Source of the DNA: Octopus vulgaris
Lineage: Eukaryota
Direction of reading: 5' to 3'
DNA: 64,000 nt
Assembly: GCA_951406725.2 (NCBI GenBank)
Contig: OX597826.1
Span: forward strand, 61,132,001-61,196,000
The notes under the pieces were generated by a model. That model saw nothing but the letters and a program-made list of their open reading frames with translations. It did not search any database and was not told the origin of the DNA. Below, in pieces: positions 53,601-61,300 of the stretch. Within the stretch, counting starts at the first letter, position 1. Each line of letters opens with the position of its first letter. A program made the translations under genes and the position numbers.

Positions 53601-56217
53601 AGATTGACAGACACATAGATAGAAAGTTAGAGACTCCTACAGAAAGGAAATAGAAAATGACGAAGGAGATTGACAGACACATAGATAGAAAGATAGAGAC
53701 TCCTACAGAAAGGAAATAGAAAATGACGGAGGAGATTGACAGACACATAGATAGAAAGATAGAGACTCCTACAGAAAGGAAACAGATAATGACGGAGGAG
53801 ATTGACAGATACATAGATAGAAAGTTAGAGACTCCTACAGAAAGGAAACAGATAATGACAGAGGGGACTGACAGACACATAGATAGAAAGTTAGAGACTC
53901 CTACAGAAAGGAAACAGATAATGACGGAGGAGATTGACAGACACATAGATAGAAAGATAGAGACTCCTACAGAAAGGAAACAGATAATGACGGAGGAGAT
54001 TGACAGACATATAGATGGAAAGATAGAGACTCCTGTAGATCTTACCTGCATTGCAAACACTCTACAGATAGCTTTCCTCAATGCGTGTCTCATGGCAATC
54101 TGCAGATTATCCAAGTCATGACGCTGAACTACAAACGCCATCACAGGACGGTTTAAGGTTTTCTCATTGTGGCCGTTGTCCCGAGAATTCTTTGATTTAT
54201 CAACAAGGCTGATCAACCGACTCATTGCTGCTGATGGGTTTTTCAATAATGACATTCCACCGTCTGAAACAACAAAAATATTGACATCAATAACGGTGGT
54301 GACGATAATTAAAATTTACAACTTGTGACCATATGAAGAGTATAATGGAATTGTTTTGGGGTGGTGCCTAGCACTACATTGATAGGAGAGTGTTGTTGTT
54401 CAAGCTCATGGTACCCCTGATCAGACAGGCAGATATACAATCAAAGAGTGTCTTAGATGTTGCTAACCGCTATCAAATGAAGTGTAACAGTAGTGAGGTG
54501 GAAATAGTGGTAATGGTGGTGGAAATGTAGTGGTGGTGGTGGTGGTGGTGGTGATGGTGGTGGTGGTGGTGGTGGAAGCAATAGTGTTTAGAATTAGGTG
54601 TTTGATTGAAAGGAGGATCTGTGATTACATTCCAGCCTTGATGATCCCCTTCTTTTTGTAGGACATGAATCAATTTATCCTTCCTGTTTCAGTGTCCTTT
54701 AAGGGAATTTCGCTTCTATTTCTAGCAGATCAATCAGCTTTCTAGAAGCTTCTGCCCATCACTATGGTGTAGAGTGGTATATGGCACTGCAGCTATGGTA
54801 GTGGTAGCTATATGATGGTGCTATAATTTAGCCCCAGGTTAGTTCAGTCCTGATCATGCAGACATGATGATCAAAGGTGTTCTAGCCATGACAAGCTATG
54901 AATAAAGAGATATGATTGTGTGGTTAAGAAGTTTGCAATCACATATTTCTGTGGGTTCAATCCTATATAGAGGCACACAGGGAAAGCATTTTCCACCAGA
55001 ACTTGGGGCAACCAAATTTTGCAAATAAAATTTAAGAGACATAAAACAGAAATTTTACTGAATGTGTTTGTGTGTGTGACAGAGTGAGAGAGAGAGAGAG
55101 AAAGATAGGGTGGGAGAACTGGTCTGTTGAATAAAAATTGTTAGCAGCATTTGTTTCCAGCCAATTCGCTTTCCTTTATAACCATGTTCACTGTACTTTT
55201 CTATGAGACCAGTAACAAATGTAGCAAAGCACGGGGTTTGATATACCCAACTAAAAACCTACAGAAGGAGTGCCCCAACATAGAGGACAAACATTTGCGA
55301 ATGATTCTGAGGACTCATCTAATCTGCTGCTTATGACTAAAGAATAATGGGAGGGGTGTGATGATGTGGTCTTCATGTCAGTAGTGCTTAGGATTGTTGT
55401 TGTTTTTTTTGTTTGTTTTTTTTTTCAGTTGGGATACTTTTGAGATCTCTGCTGTTGCAGAAATACACCAATTCAAAGACTCTCTTGCTTTCCAAAGACG
55501 ACTTACTCTGAGGCAAAAAAATTTTTTCCTGTCACCTAGATAAATCTTTCATTCAATCAGCTTAGTGTGAAATATTCTAAGCCAGCCAAAAGACATTACT
55601 TTAAATTGATTCCTTACTAAGAATACACACACACACACACACACATATATAAATATATACAATTGTAAGATCCAAGGATCTATGTGTAGGAAGTTTACAA
55701 CCTTTGAGCAGTTCGTGGTGGTAGGTATAAAAAAACAATGCTCAGGAACAATAATAATTTATTGACATCGAAGGTTGTAGGCTTTTGTCATATCAAAGTT
55801 CGATAAGCTGAAAAATATTTATGTATAGCTCATGGTTAGCAACTAAAGTTAATTATTACATCAGAGGATCTACTAGCTAGAAAATATATGTAGCCTAGAT
55901 ATTACCTGTTCTACTCCCTCAGCTTGGAAATATATATATATATATATAATTAATATATATATATATATATTGGTAAAAATGGTAAGATAACAAAAGAAAG
56001 AAAAGAGACCTCAATATTATGTAAATAGAGGAAATTCATCTGTAAAATAATATGTAACAATTATTCAAGTTTCGGATGCTGAGGTGGAAATCCACAACAC
56101 CATCTCTTCGGTTATCTGGCCAGATAACCGAAGAGATGGTGTTGTGGATTTCCAACTCAGCATCCAAAACTCGGAGTTTTATTTTGGCTATTGAATAATT
56201 GTCACATATTATTTTAC

Positions 56218-56262
<45 letters not shown>

Positions 56263-58317
56263 TATGCGCCAACCAACAAATACACACACAGACATATGAG
56301 AGGGAGAGGAAGAAATAGATGACAGATCAACGTTTATGAATACTCACCTGAGACACCACCACTATTGTTTCTCCGTCTCATCACGACTCGGTTGAAGTGT
56401 TTGTCCCCTTGGTCAAGTAGACAACTGTCCACCTCAGAGATACTGCGTTGAAACAGCGTCGTCTTCTGGTCTTGTTCAGCCTCAGGACTGGTGCCGGCAC
56501 TCTTTGGTAATGGTTTGCTTTCATGTGTGTGCCTCAGTGGGTCCTGTCATGGAGAGGGGGAGAGGAAAGAGCAGGTAAGAAAATCATAAAGGTTACCATT
56601 ATAATTATTATGGAGAGAGGGAGAGAGAAAAAGATCATCATACTTAAAATGGGTCTACATACGGCTGTAGGTTGCTGGCAAGGATAGGAGACATTTTGGC
56701 ACAGCCATTTTGACACAGCCATTTTGGCACCAACTATTTGGAATCACTGAAACAGCGGGAGTCAATGTAATCAACTTATCCCTTAATGGCTGTCCTTGTG
56801 GCAAAATTTGAAACCATTATTATCAATATTATTGTGGTAAGCTAGTGGAATTGTTGCACACCAGACAAAATAGTTAGCAGCATTTCATCTGCGTTTATGT
56901 TCTGAGTTTAAATTCCGCTGAGATCAACTCTGCCTGAACACCAGGATCAATGTAATCAACTTATTTCCTCTCCCAAAACTGCTAGCCTTGTGCCAAAATT
57001 TGAAAACAACATTATTATTATTATTATTAATGTGATGAGCTGGTAGGATCATTACCACGCTGGATGAAATGCTTAGCGGTATTTCGCCCAATGCTACATT
57101 CTGAGTTCAAATTCCGCCAAGGTCGACTTTGCCTTTCATCCTTTCGGGATTAATAAATTAAGTACCAGTGAAGCACTGGGGTCTATGGAATCAACTAGTC
57201 CTCTCTCCACAAATTTCAGGCCTTGTGCCTTTAGTAGAAAGGATTATTATTATCATTATAAGTAAACTCAAGGTGGCAAAATCATTAGGGTTAGCAGAAA
57301 AAAATGCTTTGTGGTATTTCTTCCAATTCATTACATTGAGTGCAAATTCTACCAAGATCAACTTAACATTTTATCCTTTCAGGACCAATAAGATAAATCA
57401 TCAAAGAAGTACTCTGGTTGATAGTATTCAATAAACCCATCCCTGGACTTTGTGCCTAAATTAAAAACATATTATTATTATTATTCTGTTGTGTCTGGGG
57501 AAAGTGATTTTCTTTTTGTGTATTATTATTATTATTATTATTTTTATTAAGGCAACAAGCTGGCAGAATCATTACTAGATCAGACAAAATGCCTAGTGAT
57601 ATGTCTTACAGCTCTTTATGTCCATTCAAATTCCTCCATGGTTGACTGCTTTTCATCCTTTGGAAGGGAGGTCAGTGATTCTCCCATTCTCTACATTCTT
57701 TAGTCAATCCCTACCAATTCTGTCACCCACTCCTCTATATTTTACTGCTGCTGCTGCTACTACTACTGATGCTATATTTAGAAGAATTCATACTGTGTCA
57801 GATAAAATTTCCTGTGATTCCTCATTTCAGGTTAAATAAACAAAGTACCAGATAACAAGTTTAGATGATGATCCACTCCAACAAAAAACCTGACCTTCCC
57901 ACTATATTAGCAGAAATAAAAGTACATGAATTAACATACATCTTAATTAACTATATCCCCTCTATTAATTAACTATACCTTCCTGTCCACAATTAATTAA
58001 CTCTATCCTTTTCCCCATAAATTAGTGGTTGTGTGCCAATCTAAAGCAGTCAGTAACATTAACTATCACATTACTGGACACTAAAATAATGACTGTTAAT
58101 GAAAAAAACAAATGTTTTTTTTTTTTCATTTCAGGCAAATAAGGAAATTAATGCAAGTGAAAGGAGGTCAAAAGTCAAGTAATCAACAAACTGACAACTG
58201 AAGCTGAAAGTGGATTTGTAACAGGTGAAATATAAAATGAGATTATGATTCAAGATACATGAGAGAAACACAATGTATTTGGTCACTTATTTTTATATAC
58301 ACACACTTGTGCACGTG

Positions 58318-58351
<34 letters not shown>

Positions 58352-61300
58352 TACATTGGGTTGTCAAGAAAGTAATTTCACTTACTGCAAATAGATAGAG
58401 TTATGATTTCATTTAATGACTTTTGTCCATATTATGATATTTTTCCTTTTATATATATATAGACACATACAAACACACACATTATTATTATTATTATATA
58501 ATAATATATATATTCTACTATGTTGAGTACCTTTTTCTTTTGTTTTATCCATTCACTCGTGCGTGTGTATAAAGTCTGAAACTACACATACAGACAAGTA
58601 TACATGCACACACAAATATTAACATAGATATATATATACATGAGCACATACACACACACATACATGAGCACACAAGTACAAAAACAACATACACACAGAA
58701 GAACAAGCACACACAAGTAGACACACAAACATACAATACACTCGCTAAAAGATTTGCCCTTCGTTTCTCACGTGTCATCATAGAAGCAGAGTGAACGTAA
58801 AGAGCATACTAACCTGAGGGCTTGGAGGTGATATGTTTGAAGGAGGTCGAAGTTCCTGGCTGAGGGAGCCAGATCTGGCTAAAGGACTGTGACGTGGTTC
58901 AGTAGGTAACCGAGGACGATAGCGCTGCTGTTTCTGAGCCAAACTCAATGACCCTGAACGCACAAACACTCGTTCCTCTGTGTCAAAGAATATGTCCTCG
59001 GCGAATGCAGAGTCAGAAGCCTGAGCACCTTGCTGTGTCAAATACTGGAATGGCGCCATGGGGAAAGGGTTGAGGTCAGTGCCGATGTCTTCACTGACAC
59101 TCGGTAGGAACATGTCCAAACGATTAAGGCTATTTGGAGTTCTTTTGTGACTGTGCGAGGGAAGACTGATTCCAGCGGCGCTTGCCAAATCCAACAGAAA
59201 CATTGCATTGTTTTTAAGAATTATATGAGATTCCATAGGAATCAAGTTCGACTGCTGCTTGTTGGCGAAGATTTTTTTCTTATACTTTCGTGATTTCTCT
59301 TTGTCTTTCTGCGCTTGTCGACGTTCACGCAAGTACTTATCCCTGCACCGATCACAGATCAGGTACCAACTGCTGCCTCCAAAGCCCCCCTCTCCACAGT
59401 TACCGGCCCATCCACCACAGAAGTTGCCACCACTATTGTAGCCCTTGCCTCCAGCATATCGGCCGCAGCCAGGATGCGAGCGGCGCATATGGTAGGTGAC
59501 AGGATGTGGATACATAACACCACACAGTTCGCACATTGTCTCACGCTCAGCGCCAGCTGTGCCGGCAAACAGTACACCCGCTGCTTCTCCAAACAAGTTA
59601 CCCCGCACAATTGGCTTCAGGTCACGTTTTTTCTTTGTTCGTTTCTCTTTTGTTTTTTCCTTCTCCTTCTTCTCGACTTTCTTTGTCTTCATGCTTAGGG
59701 CAGGACTTGGGTAGATCATGTCCTTTGATATCACATTGAGCATTGTTGATGCCAGTTCCTCCCAGAATCCCACCAAATGATACAACGTTGCTGGGAGTTT
59801 TGCATCCTCTCGCTCGTAAGTACCATTCTCAGAATGGATCAAGAGAGGGTCTTCCTGGTAATTCACACTACCCTCAGATTTGTGCCGTCCAAGGATTGGT
59901 TTCGGTTGTTTCAAAGGATCTATTTTCACAGTATCTATCTTAACCTGGTCCAACTTGCCTGAGTCAGTCTGCAGAGTGCCTAATCGGACACTGTCCTGTC
60001 TACTGACATCGGAATCTGAATCAACACTATCCTGGTGTTCAATGAAGAACCTAACACGAGTCTCGTTCAAATTGTCTCCCTTCTTGGACGGTTCCTTTTT
60101 GATTTCTTTCGACGATTCAGCTGGCTGGCGGACTTTCGTTTTCTCTGACTTTTTGTCGTCAACTTGAGACATTTCCTTAGATAAATTTGGATGAAATTTC
60201 AAAAAAGATGCACAGGCCATTGCATCATGCACGATTCCTTCGTGCCACAGAAAAGCGGCGTAGACAGCACGGAGACATTCGGCAACAGACGGTGAGAGAG
60301 CTTCCTTCACCGGCTCACGGGTCCTCTCAAAGATCATGGTGGCTGAACCAGAGCGACTCCTATTGATCGGAGTGGTCTCCCTTGGTGATGGTGATGCTGC
60401 TCGTTCTCGTTTGTTTCTCAACTGTCGACCCCTGTCTTTGCGAATAGCTTTTGGAGATAACCTGTAGTAAGGAGAGTAAAAGAAAATTCAATAATATCTT
60501 GTACTGTCAATGAATGAAAAATCATGAATATATACAAAAGGGAAATCAACAATAATAATAGTTATACCAACAACAAAAATACATTAGTTACAATTGCGTA
60601 ACCGTGGTGATTAAGGCAGTGGTATTAATGATGATGATTAATTAATGATGATGAAGGCAGCGAGTTGGCAGAAAGGCGGCAAGTTGGCAGAAAGGCAGCG
60701 AGTTGGCAGAAACGTTAGCACACTGGGCGAAATGCTTAGCTGTATTTCGTCTGTCGTTACGTTGTCAGTTCAAATTCCACCGAGGTCGACTTTGCCTTTC
60801 ATCCATTCGGGGTCGATAAATCAAGTACCAGTTATGCACTGGGGGTTTATGTAATCGACTTAATACCTATGTATGTCCTTGTTTGTCCCCTCTGTGTTTA
60901 GCCCCTTGTGGGTAATAAAGAAATAGGTATTAATGATGATGATGATTATGATGACAATAATGATGAAAATGATGTTCATGATGGTGATGATGATGATGAT
61001 GATAGTGGTGGCAGAACTGGCAGTGTTTCTGACAATGATGAGGGAAATGTTCCTGAAAAAAAAACACATTTTCCTTACATATACAATTCACATAAAAAGT
61101 AAATATTTTAAATAAAAGACAAAACCAGAGAGTTGGGGTTTCTATTTTACAAGCCCAGGGTTCCAATACTAATACCCACCACAACCTGGGAGAAAGTTAC
61201 AATGATACAGAAGAGAACTGTAACGAAACGTTACAGAAAAGAAAATAAAAACACAGATTTAAACCTAGCCAAGAGATAGGTTTATGCTACGATTAGTATT

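Noticed and set aside
53112-54036. CRISPR-like periodic array
   Set aside because: Units are contiguous with no unique spacers, the context is a eukaryotic intron and there are no cas genes.
53195-54121. Plus-strand ORFs with [22 protein letters not shown] repeats
   Set aside because: Antisense reading of the 66-bp minisatellite; interrupted by stops and without gene context.
55507-55535. Possible micro-exon (TCTAG|GTGACAGG...CAGA|GTAAGT)
   Set aside because: 29 nt breaks the phase and the pyrimidine tract is poor. It would fit only if a homopolymer is miscalled; RNA-seq would be needed.
56348-56543. Apparent frameshift between FQRSISE and RRRNNSG
   Set aside because: Recounting gives 196 nt with both motifs in one frame.
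59259-60167. Plus-strand ORFs overlapping the large exon
   Set aside because: Antisense shadows of the MYCBP2 coding sequence.
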